NCBI GenBank assembly: GCA_035627595.1
Contig: DASPLK010000002.1
Span: 1,824 to 65,823 of the forward strand
Direction: 5' to 3'
Source of the DNA: Minisyncoccota bacterium
GTDB lineage: Bacteria; Patescibacteriota; Minisyncoccia; Phycocordibacterales; Phycocordibacteraceae
DNA length: 64,000 nt
Made by a program: the position numbers and the translations under genes. Positions 1-9,713 of the stretch are shown here, piece by piece (position 1 is the stretch's first letter; every line of letters begins with the position of its first letter). The notes below the pieces were generated by a model that saw only the letters and a list, made by a program, of their open reading frames with translations, did no database searches and was not told the DNA's origin.

Positions 1-1652
1 ATGTGACGGCGACCGGCAATGTCGGTATCGGTTCGACTTCGCCGCGCTCTACGCTTACCGTTGTCGGTTCGGCCTGCTTCAGCGGCGGTACAGGCTCCAC
101 TGCGCTTTGTGGCACGACCGCAGGTTCTATCTACTACCGCACCGCATCAACCGGCACGTACGACGTCGCCGAGAATTACGTTACGTCCGATCTCAACCTC
201 GAGCCGTCGACCATCGTTGCACTTGATACTACGACCGGCATGACCATCACGACTGCGATGCCAGGCTCTATCCCGCTCGGTATCGTCTCAAGCGATCCGG
301 GTCTCACGCTCGGAGGCGCGGATCCGGAAGCAGACATGTCGGTCATGCGTCCAGTCGCTCTTTCCGGACGCGTACCTGTGAAGGTGTCGACTGCAAATGG
401 TCCGATCATGGTGGGTGATCGCCTTATGCTTTCGACAACAACACCGGGCGTTGCGGTGAAGGCACTTCGAAGCGGCTACACGGTTGGTATCGCACTTGAG
501 TCGTACTCAGGATCGGGCAACGGCACGGTCGAAGCGTTCGTCGAGAATCAGTACTATCTTGCACCAACTGATATCTACTTCGACGGCGCAACCGGCCGTA
601 TCGGTATGGGTACCCAAACCCCGGGCCATGCGCTTCAGGTTGCAGGTGATATCGGCGCTACCGGATTCGTGAACACCTCCACAAAGGCTGCCAAGACCGA
701 TATTACATACGTCACTGATGAAGAGGCGGCTACTATGCTCGAGAAGCTGAAGAATCTTCAAATCGCGCAGTACCACTACAAGATGGAGAGCGGCAGTAAT
801 CCGCTTCGCCTCGGCCTTATCGCAGAGCAGGCTCCGACAGAAGTACTATCCGCAGATGGTAAAGGTGTCGATATCTACAAGCTCGCGACCTTCACCCTTG
901 CGGGTGTCCAGGAGCTCGCTAAGCGCACCGACCTCATCGTCACGCGCCTCGATTCACTTGAGGAGCGTCTCGTGCAGCTTGAGAGCGGCAGTATCACGGT
1001 CGGTACGGGTACACCAAGCTTCTCAACTACGACCTTGGTAGCAGCGCTTAAGAGCTTCGGTGTCATCATCGAGAATGGTTTCGCAAAGTTCCAGACGCTC
1101 GCAGCACTTAAGTTTGTTGCCGCAACTGATGAGAACGGCCAGTCCTCAGCCGGGGAAGGCGAGATCCTTGCAGGCAATACGGTCATCGAGATTGAGAACG
1201 AGTTCGCTGCGCCGAATAGCAAGATCTTCGTTACCTTCACTTCTGCGCTTGAAGGCTCCTGGTTTATCGATGATAAGGAGGAGGGAAGCTTCCGCGTCCG
1301 TCTCTCAGAGGCGCAGGACGAGGATGTCACTTTTGACTACTTCATCGTTCAGACGGATAAGGAAATTGAAGAGGAGCCGGAGGAGGTGCCGGTAGTTGAA
1401 GAAGAGCCAGTTATCGAAGAGCCGCCAGCCACAACGCCACAGGATCCAACCCCAGCCCCAGACGCACCGCCGGTAGTAGTAGATACAAACCCAGCTCCAG
1501 AGCCGACTCCAACACCTGAGCCTGTGGCAGACGAGCCTGTGGTGGTCGATACTGCTCCAGAGCCCCAGCCAGCCCCAGCCCCCGAGCCTCAGCCAGCTCC
1601 GGAGCCAGCTCCAGTACCGTCCCCTGAGCCTGCTGCTCCCGCAGGCGTATAG
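1..1652 (+). CDS. C-terminal part of a large fibre-like surface protein with peptidase G2-like and S74-like intramolecular chaperone domains and a Pro/Glu-rich tail (5'-truncated by the window edge)
   Basis: GNVGIGSTSP and GRIGMGTQTP repeats; YDVAENY...PVALSGRVPVKV...GD.L...G.A.KA segment; S74-like STKAAKTDI...YHYK...GLIAEQ...GVQEL followed by a coiled coil; (PE/PA)n tail. The frame is open from the window start. Confidence 0.8.
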   Translation, partial: VTATGNVGIGSTSPRSTLTVVGSACFSGGTGSTALCGTTAGSIYYRTASTGTYDVAENYVTSDLNLEPSTIVALDTTTGMTITTAMPGSIPLGIVSSDPGLTLGGADPEADMSVMRPVALSGRVPVKVSTANGPIMVGDRLMLSTTTPGVAVKALRSGYTVGIALESYSGSGNGTVEAFVENQYYLAPTDIYFDGATGRIGMGTQTPGHALQVAGDIGATGFVNTSTKAAKTDITYVTDEEAATMLEKLKNLQIAQYHYKMESGSNPLRLGLIAEQAPTEVLSADGKGVDIYKLATFTLAGVQELAKRTDLIVTRLDSLEERLVQLESGSITVGTGTPSFSTTTLVAALKSFGVIIENGFAKFQTLAALKFVAATDENGQSSAGEGEILAGNTVIEIENEFAAPNSKIFVTFTSALEGSWFIDDKEEGSFRVRLSEAQDEDVTFDYFIVQTDKEIEEEPEEVPVVEEEPVIEEPPATTPQDPTPAPDAPPVVVDTNPAPEPTPTPEPVADEPVVVDTAPEPQPAPAPEPQPAPEPAPVPSPEPAAPAGV

Positions 1653-1664
1653 TATTCCTTATAT

Positions 1665-2612
1665 ATGTTTATTTCCCGGACAATCAGCCAGACCCCAAAA
1701 ATCCTAGTAGCTCTTTTGCTCCTACTTGGCATATCGCAGTACACACTTATGCCAATTCGGACGGACGCGGCTATAACCAAGCGGGTATACCTAACGAGTG
1801 GTACATCTTGGACAGTGCCCGCCGATTGGACTTCAACAGGAAGCACCATTGAAGCAATCGGCGGCGGCATGCCTGGAAGCGACGGCGGACGCTTCACCGG
1901 TGGAATCGGCGGCGGCGGCGGCTCATATGCCAAGATTAGCAACCTGTCACTTACGGCAGGCGCATCAGTCTCATACCGAGTTAGTGCGGCCGGGGATACT
2001 GTTTTCAATAGCACTGCGACATTCTGTTCAGGTTCGCCCACCCCGTCTGTTTGCGCCTCATCAGGTGCAGGATCGTCAGCAACCTCTATAGGTACGGTTA
2101 AGTACAGCGGCGGTGGCGGCGGTAATAGTACGAGTCACGGCGGCGGCGGCGGCGGTGCTGCGGGACCGGGAGGGGCGGGAGATATTGGTGGTGACGGTGA
2201 TCTTGGCGGCGGCATTGGCGGCAGTGGCGGCGCCTTCAGTGGCGGCGCCGGCGGCAGTGGTGGTTCTTTTGAAGGAGACGGGGGTTGGGATGGTGGCCAG
2301 GGAACGGAATATGACGATATTCCCGGGCATGGCTCTGGTGGTGGTGGTGGTGGTGGTGCCTCAGCCGCATCTTTTGACTTGGTACCCGGCGGTTGGGGAG
2401 GAGGAGGAGGCTACTATGGCGGCGGCGGCGGTGGTGGCGGCGGTGGTGGTGGTGACCCAAACACATTTATGAGGGGCACGGGTGGCAACGGTGCACCAGG
2501 ACTCATCGTCATTACATACGAATCGACCGATACGGGAAGCACCTCCCAAGCAAAGGTAAAGGTACTCGGCGGAAAGGTGCAAATAGTGGGCGGCAGGGTT
2601 GTAATCCAATAA
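1665..2612 (+). CDS. Secreted glycine-rich protein
   Basis: Signal-peptide-like N-terminus (LVALLLLLGI...TDA); LTSGTSWTVPADW...IEAIGGG start; long GGGGG runs; closing GAPGLIVITY, typical of Gly-rich tail/surface domains. Confidence 0.75.
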   Translation: MFISRTISQTPKILVALLLLLGISQYTLMPIRTDAAITKRVYLTSGTSWTVPADWTSTGSTIEAIGGGMPGSDGGRFTGGIGGGGGSYAKISNLSLTAGASVSYRVSAAGDTVFNSTATFCSGSPTPSVCASSGAGSSATSIGTVKYSGGGGGNSTSHGGGGGGAAGPGGAGDIGGDGDLGGGIGGSGGAFSGGAGGSGGSFEGDGGWDGGQGTEYDDIPGHGSGGGGGGGASAASFDLVPGGWGGGGGYYGGGGGGGGGGGGDPNTFMRGTGGNGAPGLIVITYESTDTGSTSQAKVKVLGGKVQIVGGRVVIQ

Positions 2613-2637
2613 TAGGTGCGTGATAGAATTCCTTCAT

Positions 2638-3648
2638 ATGACACCCGTACGAATTGCCATTAATGGCTTTGGCCGCATTGGCCGCGCATTTGTCCGCCGC
2701 TCTTGGAACCGACCGGAGATTGAGATAGTCGCCGTAAATGATCTAGGTTCCCTGGAGAATCTTGCGTACCTACTGAAGTACGACACCGTGTACGGTCGAG
2801 CCCCTTTTGCTGTAGATATCAGGGACGGCAACCTCGTCATAAATGGGAAGGAAGTTCGCTTTATATCTGAAAAGGATCCTGCTGCGCTTCCGTGGGGTGA
2901 TCTTGGCGTAGATGTTGTTATCGAATCGACGGGAGTCTTTGATGATTTCGAGAAGGCACAGGCGCACGTACAAGCAGGTGCAAAACGCGTGGTTATCTCC
3001 GCACCTGCAAAGGGCGATATCGGCGGCGAGACTGTACTTATGGGTGTGAACGAAGAAAAGCTTAAGTCGTGCGCGGTATCCTCCAACGCATCATGCACAA
3101 CAAACGCATCTTCGCCGGTTATTGCTATTCTCGATGAGACGATTGGCATTGATTACGCCATTCTCTCTACAACGCACGCGTACACGGCGACACAGTCCAT
3201 AGTCGACAGTCCCGTGAAGGGAAGCGACCTGCGTCGCGGACGCGCCGCAGCGCAGAACATTGTTCCATCCTCGACCGGCGCCGCTATCGCAGTCGGTAAG
3301 GCGTACACGAATCTCGATGGCAGGTTCGATGGCGTATCACTACGTGTCCCGGTCCCGGCAGGCTCCATTGCGGACATAACCTTCGTTGCAAAGCGCGATA
3401 CGACTGCAGAGGAGGTGAACCAGCTCCTACGTACAGCTTCAAAGGAAGCACGTTGGGAAGGGATCTTTCGTGCTAGCGATGATCCGCTCGTGTCCTCAGA
3501 TATTGTCGGCGAGCCGTATGCATCTATTGCAGAACTCTCTATGACACGTGTCGTCGGTCCGCGTCTCGTGAAAGTCATGGCGTGGTACGACAACGAAATG
3601 GGGTATACCGAATCGCTCGTTCGCCACGCGATCAAAGCGGGGTCTTAG
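2638..3648 (+). CDS. gap: Glyceraldehyde-3-phosphate dehydrogenase, type I
   Basis: AINGFGRIGR, SNASCTTN active site and WYDNE. Start placed at ATG 2638, after TGaTAGAAT. Confidence 0.97.
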   Translation: MTPVRIAINGFGRIGRAFVRRSWNRPEIEIVAVNDLGSLENLAYLLKYDTVYGRAPFAVDIRDGNLVINGKEVRFISEKDPAALPWGDLGVDVVIESTGVFDDFEKAQAHVQAGAKRVVISAPAKGDIGGETVLMGVNEEKLKSCAVSSNASCTTNASSPVIAILDETIGIDYAILSTTHAYTATQSIVDSPVKGSDLRRGRAAAQNIVPSSTGAAIAVGKAYTNLDGRFDGVSLRVPVPAGSIADITFVAKRDTTAEEVNQLLRTASKEARWEGIFRASDDPLVSSDIVGEPYASIAELSMTRVVGPRLVKVMAWYDNEMGYTESLVRHAIKAGS

Positions 3649-3654
3649 ATATAC

Positions 3655-4632
3655 ATGCCCACTGACCTCAAGAGTCGCGTCATACTCCTCGCTGCTTGCA
3701 TCGTGAGCTTCGGGGCAGGGTATGGCATTACGTTCTTGAGTGGAGGCAATCTTTCTACGGGTGAGCGAGAGCTTCGCGATACCGGACACTACGCGTATAT
3801 TAGTCCGCTACTAGAGTGTAGCGATACCAATATACTTCTACCCCAAGAAGTCCGTGAAGCAGAGCAGGATGTGCGGGAAATTATCGAGCGGCATAAAAAG
3901 GGCGGCAATCTATCGATTGCCGCCGTATATTTCCGCGACTTAAATAATGGACCATGGTTCGGCGTGAATGTAGATACGCTCTTTGTGCCGGGAAGCCTGC
4001 TTAAAGTGCCGATGATGATCTCATATCTCAAGATCCTCGAACAGGACCCATCATTGGCAGAGCAGGAGATTCTATATGAGCAAAAGATGTCGGCCGCTAT
4101 TCAGAACGTGGCCGTCGCTGACCCGCTCACATTAGGAGAGCGATATAGTCCAGACGAGCTTCTAAGGCGCATGATCACACAGTCGGATAATGAGTCTGCG
4201 TATCTTCTATACTCACTCCTAGGCGATGAACGCGTGGGTGAGGTGTATACCGAGCTTGGACTCGGCGCGCCATTTACTGGCCAAGACTACAATATCCGGG
4301 TACGCGATTACGCGACTTTCTTCCGCATCCTCTACAACGCGACGTACCTCTCACCAGAGAGTTCAGAGCGTGCACTTGAGCTATTGGTGCAAACGGATTT
4401 CGACAAAGGCATCGCCGCCGGGATTCCAGCAAATATTCCAGTCGCAAACAAGTTTGGTGAACGCAACTACGTAGGCACGAGTGAGACACAGCTGCATGAT
4501 TGCGGCATCGTTTACGCAAAGGAGCGTCCATACTCACTTTGCGTCATGACACGAGGTACAGACATCGACGCGCTTTCTAATGTGATACGTGAGATATCTA
4601 GCACGGTATACGCACGCATAAATTCTAAATAA
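3655..4632 (+). CDS. Membrane-anchored class A beta-lactamase-like serine hydrolase
   Basis: N-terminal TM helix; SxxK (SLLK), SDN, KFG (in place of KTG) and HDCGIVY motifs. Confidence 0.85.
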   Translation: MPTDLKSRVILLAACIVSFGAGYGITFLSGGNLSTGERELRDTGHYAYISPLLECSDTNILLPQEVREAEQDVREIIERHKKGGNLSIAAVYFRDLNNGPWFGVNVDTLFVPGSLLKVPMMISYLKILEQDPSLAEQEILYEQKMSAAIQNVAVADPLTLGERYSPDELLRRMITQSDNESAYLLYSLLGDERVGEVYTELGLGAPFTGQDYNIRVRDYATFFRILYNATYLSPESSERALELLVQTDFDKGIAAGIPANIPVANKFGERNYVGTSETQLHDCGIVYAKERPYSLCVMTRGTDIDALSNVIREISSTVYARINSK

Positions 4633-4634
4633 AT

Positions 4635-5117
4635 ATGAATCTATATATTGCATCAGATCATACGGGACTAGAACTAAAGTCTCTTCTTGTGCAAGAACTT
4701 ACGGCTGTCGGCCACTCTGTGCATGATTTAGGCGCGAATTCGTATGATGCGAACGACGATTATCCTGATTATGTAACACCGTGCGCGGAACGTGTCGCCG
4801 CAGAACCTGACGCGCTCGGTATTATTATCGGCGGTAGCGGGCACGGAGAAGCAATGGCAGCAAACCGCGTGAAGGGAGCGCGCGCTGTTTCGTTTTATGG
4901 ACCGCGACAAACGCTCGATGCACTAGAGTCTGAAGGCACGACAGGTACAGATGGGTACGATATCGTACGCATTGCACGCATGCATAATGATGCAAACATA
5001 CTATCTTTAGGCGCGCGCTTCGTGCGCATTGAAGAGGCGGTTCTCGCCGTCCGTGCATTTGTTGAGACTCCTTTTTCAGGAGAGGGGCGGCACATACGCA
5101 GAATAGGGAAGTTCTAG
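4635..5117 (+). CDS. rpiB: Ribose-5-phosphate isomerase B family protein
   Basis: IASDHTG, DDYPD, GGSGHGEAMAANR, RMHNDANILSLGAR and GRHIRRI motifs. Confidence 0.93.
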   Translation: MNLYIASDHTGLELKSLLVQELTAVGHSVHDLGANSYDANDDYPDYVTPCAERVAAEPDALGIIIGGSGHGEAMAANRVKGARAVSFYGPRQTLDALESEGTTGTDGYDIVRIARMHNDANILSLGARFVRIEEAVLAVRAFVETPFSGEGRHIRRIGKF

Positions 5118-5135
5118 GTGCTATACTTGAGTGAT

Positions 5136-5858
5136 ATGGGGGTCATCGTACCCGCAATCCTTCCAACATCGCGAGAAGACCTCGAGGGCAAGCTCGCGCT
5201 CTTAAACGGTATCGTTGATTCCGTGCAAATTGATGTTGTTGATGGTACGTTTGCCAGCCCTCCCACCTGGCCGTATGTAAATCGAAGCGGAGAATTTGCG
5301 CAGCGCTTAGAGGATGGAGACGCGCTCCCGTATCTCGGGAGCATGCACTATGAGATAGACCTCATGGTCCAGGACGTAGAAGAGGTGATTGGACTTTGGA
5401 TAGCGGCGGGCGCACAACGGCTTGTGGTACACGCAGAAAGCACAGAGCACCTTTCAGGCATCATTCGCGAGCTAGAAGTGAAGTATGGGCACTCAAAGGA
5501 TTTTGCTCCCGGGCTCCTATCGCTTGGGCTAGCTATAGGGAACGACAGCGACCTGTCTCTCATCGAGCCGTACACTGACCGCATCGACTACGTGCAGTTC
5601 ATGGGTATCGCTTCGATCGGGAAGCAGGGACAGCCATTTGATGCGCGTGTGCTTGAAAAGATTGCTGCGTTTAGGCAGAAACATCCGGACATGAGCATAC
5701 AAGTTGATGGGGCGGTATCACTAGAAACCGCGCCACAACTCCTTATCGCAGGTGTGGATCGGCTAGTCATTGGGTCTGGTCTCTGGAAATCCCACGACCT
5801 GAAAGAAGAAATTGAGCGGTTTAAGAATCTTGTCCACGAACACGGCCTATACAGCTAA
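5136..5858 (+). CDS. rpe: Ribulose-phosphate 3-epimerase
   Basis: IVPAIL, QIDVVDG, EIDLMV, QFMG...GKQGQ, IQVDGAV and VIGS motifs. Start at ATG 5136, after TGcTATACT. Confidence 0.88.
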   Translation: MGVIVPAILPTSREDLEGKLALLNGIVDSVQIDVVDGTFASPPTWPYVNRSGEFAQRLEDGDALPYLGSMHYEIDLMVQDVEEVIGLWIAAGAQRLVVHAESTEHLSGIIRELEVKYGHSKDFAPGLLSLGLAIGNDSDLSLIEPYTDRIDYVQFMGIASIGKQGQPFDARVLEKIAAFRQKHPDMSIQVDGAVSLETAPQLLIAGVDRLVIGSGLWKSHDLKEEIERFKNLVHEHGLYS

Positions 5859-5881
5859 GGTCGCATGCTAGGGTGTAGATA

Positions 5882-6379
5882 ATGGTTTCTTCTCGTTCGC
5901 GCGGATTTACGCTCATTGAACTCCTCATCGTTATTGCCATCATCGGCATCCTCTCTTCGACGGTGCTTGTGTCGCTCAATAGTGCACGCGCCAAGGCTCG
6001 CGACGCCCGTCGACTAAGCGACCTCAATCAGGTGCGTACAGCGCTCGAGCTTTATTACTTTGATAACGGGTCATATCCCGTACGGGCAAACTGGATAGGG
6101 ACAACGCCCGGGTGCTATAGCGGTCCTGCAGATCCTAAAACGGCAATCCCGGGACTCGTCCCGAAATACCTGCCTTCAATGCCGCAAGATCCGAAGCCAA
6201 CAGGAACTAGCTACTGCTATTTATACAGATCAGATGGAAAGGACTATAAGTTTATGGCGTACAACTCGGCTGAAACACGCACGCCTGCACCAGGCCAGCC
6301 AAACGCGCGCTACCGTTCTGGCTGCGGAAGTGCACAGAGAACTTTTGCGGTGTACTCCGAAGGGTATGGTTGCATGTAA
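5882..6379 (+). CDS. Type IV pilin-like protein (pilin 1)
   Basis: Class III signal G|[17 protein letters not shown], then ARDARR.SDL.QV..ALELYY; four Cys in the variable domain. Confidence 0.92.
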   Translation: MVSSRSRGFTLIELLIVIAIIGILSSTVLVSLNSARAKARDARRLSDLNQVRTALELYYFDNGSYPVRANWIGTTPGCYSGPADPKTAIPGLVPKYLPSMPQDPKPTGTSYCYLYRSDGKDYKFMAYNSAETRTPAPGQPNARYRSGCGSAQRTFAVYSEGYGCM

Positions 6380-6450
6380 GGCACCGCAAGCAATGCATAA
6401 TAAGCTTCACTAACAGCAGTGGGTACGCAAGACATGCTATCTTTTCTATA

Positions 6451-7308
6451 ATGGCGCTCACCGATACTGACATAGCAAATCTTGAAGCGAAGGCACGTGA
6501 TGTGCGCGCGACCATTATAGAAATGCTCGTCGCTGCAGGCTCTGGCCATACCGCTGGACCTCTTGGGATGGCAGACATTTTTACCGCGTTCTATTTCCAT
6601 ATTCTGAAGCACGATCCGAAGAACCCTGACTGGGAAGAGCGCGATCGCCTCATACTGAGTAACGGACACATCGTGCCGGTCCGCTATAGTGCTATGGCGC
6701 ATGCAGGGTACTTTCCCGTAGAAGAATGCCTGACACTTCGCAAGTTCGGCTCCAGGCTCCAGGGACACCCGGAACGCGACCGTCTGCCGGGACTTGAGAC
6801 GACCTCGGGACCTTTGGGTTCCGGGCTCTCCCAGTCAGCAGGCATGGCATACGCATTTAAGATGGATGGAAAGAAGAATCGCGTGTACTGCCTCATGTCA
6901 GACGGTGAGCAGAATGCGGGAAATATTTGGGAAGCAGTACTGTGGGCAGGGAAGTATAAGCTCCACAATCTGACCGCGTTCATTGACCGCAACAATATAC
7001 AGATAGACGGCATGACCGAGGACATCATGCCGTTGGAGCCACTTGCCGATAAGTATCGCGCATTCAACTGGCACGTTATTGAAGTGGACGGACACAACAT
7101 GGAAGAGATCATCGACGCGGTTGATCACGCCCGTGCCATTGTCGAGAAGCCTACGCTAGTCATCGCACACACAATCCCTGGGAAGGGCGTACCGGAGATA
7201 GAGTACGACTACAGGTGGCATGGAAAGCCGCCCTCAAAAGAGGAGGCAGAGCAGTTCATTAAAGTGATCCGCTCAATGGGTGGAAAAGTTCCCAACGAAT
7301 ACGCGTAA
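6451..7308 (+). CDS. tktA: Transketolase, N-terminal subunit
   Basis: SGHTAG, DRLILSNGH, LQGHP, GPLGSG, SDGEQ...N ThDP motif and HTIPGKG. Start at ATG 6451. Confidence 0.93.
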   Translation: MALTDTDIANLEAKARDVRATIIEMLVAAGSGHTAGPLGMADIFTAFYFHILKHDPKNPDWEERDRLILSNGHIVPVRYSAMAHAGYFPVEECLTLRKFGSRLQGHPERDRLPGLETTSGPLGSGLSQSAGMAYAFKMDGKKNRVYCLMSDGEQNAGNIWEAVLWAGKYKLHNLTAFIDRNNIQIDGMTEDIMPLEPLADKYRAFNWHVIEVDGHNMEEIIDAVDHARAIVEKPTLVIAHTIPGKGVPEIEYDYRWHGKPPSKEEAEQFIKVIRSMGGKVPNEYA

Positions 7309-7309
7309 C

Positions 7310-7696
7310 ATGAAGCACATCCAAGATGACATTCGTGCATACCTGACAGAGCGCAACTGGAACAACCTCCGTCCCGGCGACATCGCCAAATCTATTTCCA
7401 TAGAAGCGGCAGAGCTACTGGAGGTATTTCAGTGGGAGAATCCTGAGCTTGATGCGGTTAAAGCTGATTCTGAAAAGCTCGCGGAGATTCGGAACGAACT
7501 GGCCGACGTATTCATATACTGCCTTGATATGGCCACGCTCCTAGATCTTGATGCAGAATCAATTGTCCGCGAGAAGCTCGAGAAGGTTAAGTCGAAGTAT
7601 CCTGCTGAGCTATTCCAGGGAGTACAGAATAGTCCAGGTACAGAGGATATATATATGAAGATAAAGCAGGCGCATCGTAACCAAGGAAACGCATGA
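7310..7696 (+). CDS. MazG-like nucleotide pyrophosphohydrolase (dCTPase/RS21-C6 type)
   Basis: ERNW...P.DIAKSISIEAAELLEVFQW...ELADVFIY...KYP pattern. Confidence 0.88.
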   Translation: MKHIQDDIRAYLTERNWNNLRPGDIAKSISIEAAELLEVFQWENPELDAVKADSEKLAEIRNELADVFIYCLDMATLLDLDAESIVREKLEKVKSKYPAELFQGVQNSPGTEDIYMKIKQAHRNQGNA

Positions 7697-8682
7697 TTAA
7701 CAAAGAACTCAAGCTTGCAGAGAACCTCTTCGATACGAAGATCGAAAAGAAGCCGACTCGCGACGGTTTCGGTAAGGGTACGGTTGAGGCGGGAAGAGAG
7801 AGCGAGAACATTGTTGTACTGTGTGCCGATCTTGCAGAGAGTACGCGCGCAGAATGGTTTCAAAAGGAGTTCCCGACGCGCTTTATCGAAGTAGGAGTCG
7901 CCGAGCAGAACCTAGCAGCGCTCGCCGCTGGATTTGCAGCTGCAGGCAAGGTGCCGTTCATCGCAAGCTACGCGGCGTTTAGTCCAGGCCGTAACTATGA
8001 GCAGATCCGCACCACCGCAGCCCTCAACCAGCAGCCCGTGAAGATTGCGGGCATGCATGCGGGAGTATCAGTAGGCCCTGATGGAGCGACACACCAGATG
8101 CTCGAGGACATCGGCCTTATGCGCATGTTGCCAAACATGACGGTCATCGTGCCTTCAGATGCAGAGGAGGCAAGGAAAGCAGTTGTCGCCGCAGCAAAGA
8201 CGCCGCTTCCGGTATACTTACGCTTTGGTCGCTCAGCGGTCCCGGTGTATACAACGCCTGAGACGCCATTTTCAATAGGAAAGGCAAACGTGCTCTGGGA
8301 GAGTGAAAAGCCAAAGGTTGCACTTATGGCGACCGGCAGTATGGCGTACAACGCTCTCCTTGCTGCACGCGCTCTTGAAGCAGACGGCATAGGTTCCATT
8401 GTGCTTTCCGTACACACGGTAAAGCCGCTTGATGAGGAGGTGATTGTACGCGCAGCGACGCGTGCAGGTCGCGTCATAACTATTGAAGAACATCAAGCTG
8501 CGGGAGGTTTTGGTAGCGCAGTGGCGGAGTGCCTATCAGAAAAACATCCAGTACCTGTTGTGCGTATGGGACTTCAGGACGAGTTCGGTCAAACGGGCGA
8601 GCCAGACGAACTCATTCACTACTACAAGCTAGACGCGCCTGCGATAGTGGGAGTCGCGCGACGACTGCTCGGTAGAGAATAA
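7693..8682 (+). CDS. tktB: Transketolase, C-terminal subunit
   Basis: TRDGFG, ADL, VGVAEQN, GPDGATHQ, YLRFGR, TVKPLD and EEHQ..GG motifs. Confidence 0.93.
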   Translation: MINKELKLAENLFDTKIEKKPTRDGFGKGTVEAGRESENIVVLCADLAESTRAEWFQKEFPTRFIEVGVAEQNLAALAAGFAAAGKVPFIASYAAFSPGRNYEQIRTTAALNQQPVKIAGMHAGVSVGPDGATHQMLEDIGLMRMLPNMTVIVPSDAEEARKAVVAAAKTPLPVYLRFGRSAVPVYTTPETPFSIGKANVLWESEKPKVALMATGSMAYNALLAARALEADGIGSIVLSVHTVKPLDEEVIVRAATRAGRVITIEEHQAAGGFGSAVAECLSEKHPVPVVRMGLQDEFGQTGEPDELIHYYKLDAPAIVGVARRLLGRE

Positions 8683-8714
8683 GAAAAGAGCCCTCATGGA
8701 GGGCTCTTTTCTTA
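8680..8714. terminator. Bidirectional intrinsic terminator between convergent transketolase and PfkB genes
   Basis: taagaaaagagccctc-atg-gagggctcttttctta is a perfect inverted repeat with A/T tracts on both sides. Confidence 0.85.
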
Positions 8715-9707
8715 TAACGAGGTTACCAGATACTCTGCGGGAGCGCGCTGTAAGTATTCCTCAAGCTTTGCACGCGTAAGGAGTCCTGCCTGTGCGCCCA
8801 CCTCTTGCACCACGGACATGGAGTTAACCGGTCCCCAGAGAAGTGCATCTGAGAAGGGTAGTCCCATCGTGATTGCGGCGGTTATGGTCGACGCAAACGC
8901 ATCGCCTGCACCTGTGCGCTCGAACGGTGCGCGGTCGTCCGGATACATAGGGACACGGTATGTGCGCTCGCCGTCAAACGCATATGCACCCTCGCGGCCA
9001 TCGGTGATGATGACATGCTTTGGTCCAAGCGCCCGTAGCGCCTCAAGGAGTGCGTTTATCTCCTGCCCCGAAGGAAGCTTTAGAATACGCTCTGCCTCTT
9101 CCTTGTTCACGACAAGAAGATCGGCCCTCCTATATATAGGAGTGAGCTTCTCGACACCCATGTTCATCTGGAACGTTCCAGGCTGGAATGTGAAAAAGAT
9201 AGCCGGATGCTCGTTGAGGTATGCGGCCATATCCGCGTAGTACTGCTCGCCGGCCTCTCCTAGGGAGGAAAGGTATACGGTCTTAGGCGCAGGAAGATCC
9301 ATAGGGAAGACATAGTCGTACGGCTCGGGCTTCACAAGGATCGTCCGCTCGCTCTCATAGGAGAGAACGTAATGATGGTTCGTTGACTTGCCGGGAGCGC
9401 GAGTAATAAGTGCGGTCGAAAGCCTCTCCTTATCGAAGTGTTCCATAACCGCTTCGCCATCGCGATCATCTCCGACGGTTGCCATAAGTGCTGCATTAAG
9501 GCCAAGGCGCGCAGCTGACACGGCTGCGTTGGCGGAGTTTCCTACACCCGCGACAATCGTAGAGGAGACGAACGGAATCTTATCGCCCCAGCGCATGGAA
9601 ATGGTGCACGCATCAGTATCGACATCGCAGTGCACCTTAGCATCTTTCAAAAGGATGAAGTCGTCGACGACGGTGTCGCCGATGGCAAGGAAATCAAGGT
9701 TTTGCAT
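8712..9707 (-). CDS. PfkB family carbohydrate kinase
   Basis: GNSANAAVSAARLG, VGDD..G, VVNKEEA, IITDG..GA and TGAGDAF motifs. Start at 9707 (MQNLDFLAIGD). Confidence 0.92.
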   Translation of the reverse strand: MQNLDFLAIGDTVVDDFILLKDAKVHCDVDTDACTISMRWGDKIPFVSSTIVAGVGNSANAAVSAARLGLNAALMATVGDDRDGEAVMEHFDKERLSTALITRAPGKSTNHHYVLSYESERTILVKPEPYDYVFPMDLPAPKTVYLSSLGEAGEQYYADMAAYLNEHPAIFFTFQPGTFQMNMGVEKLTPIYRRADLLVVNKEEAERILKLPSGQEINALLEALRALGPKHVIITDGREGAYAFDGERTYRVPMYPDDRAPFERTGAGDAFASTITAAITMGLPFSDALLWGPVNSMSVVQEVGAQAGLLTRAKLEEYLQRAPAEYLVTSL

Positions 9708-9713
9708 GGCAAA

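Noticed and set aside
1440-1640. ccagcc/gagcc repeats
   Set aside because: They encode the Pro/Glu/Ala low-complexity tail and are not an independent element.
2105-2455. GGC/GGT repeats as a possible repeat array or CRISPR
   Set aside because: They are glycine codons of a Gly-rich protein; there is no repeat-spacer periodicity.
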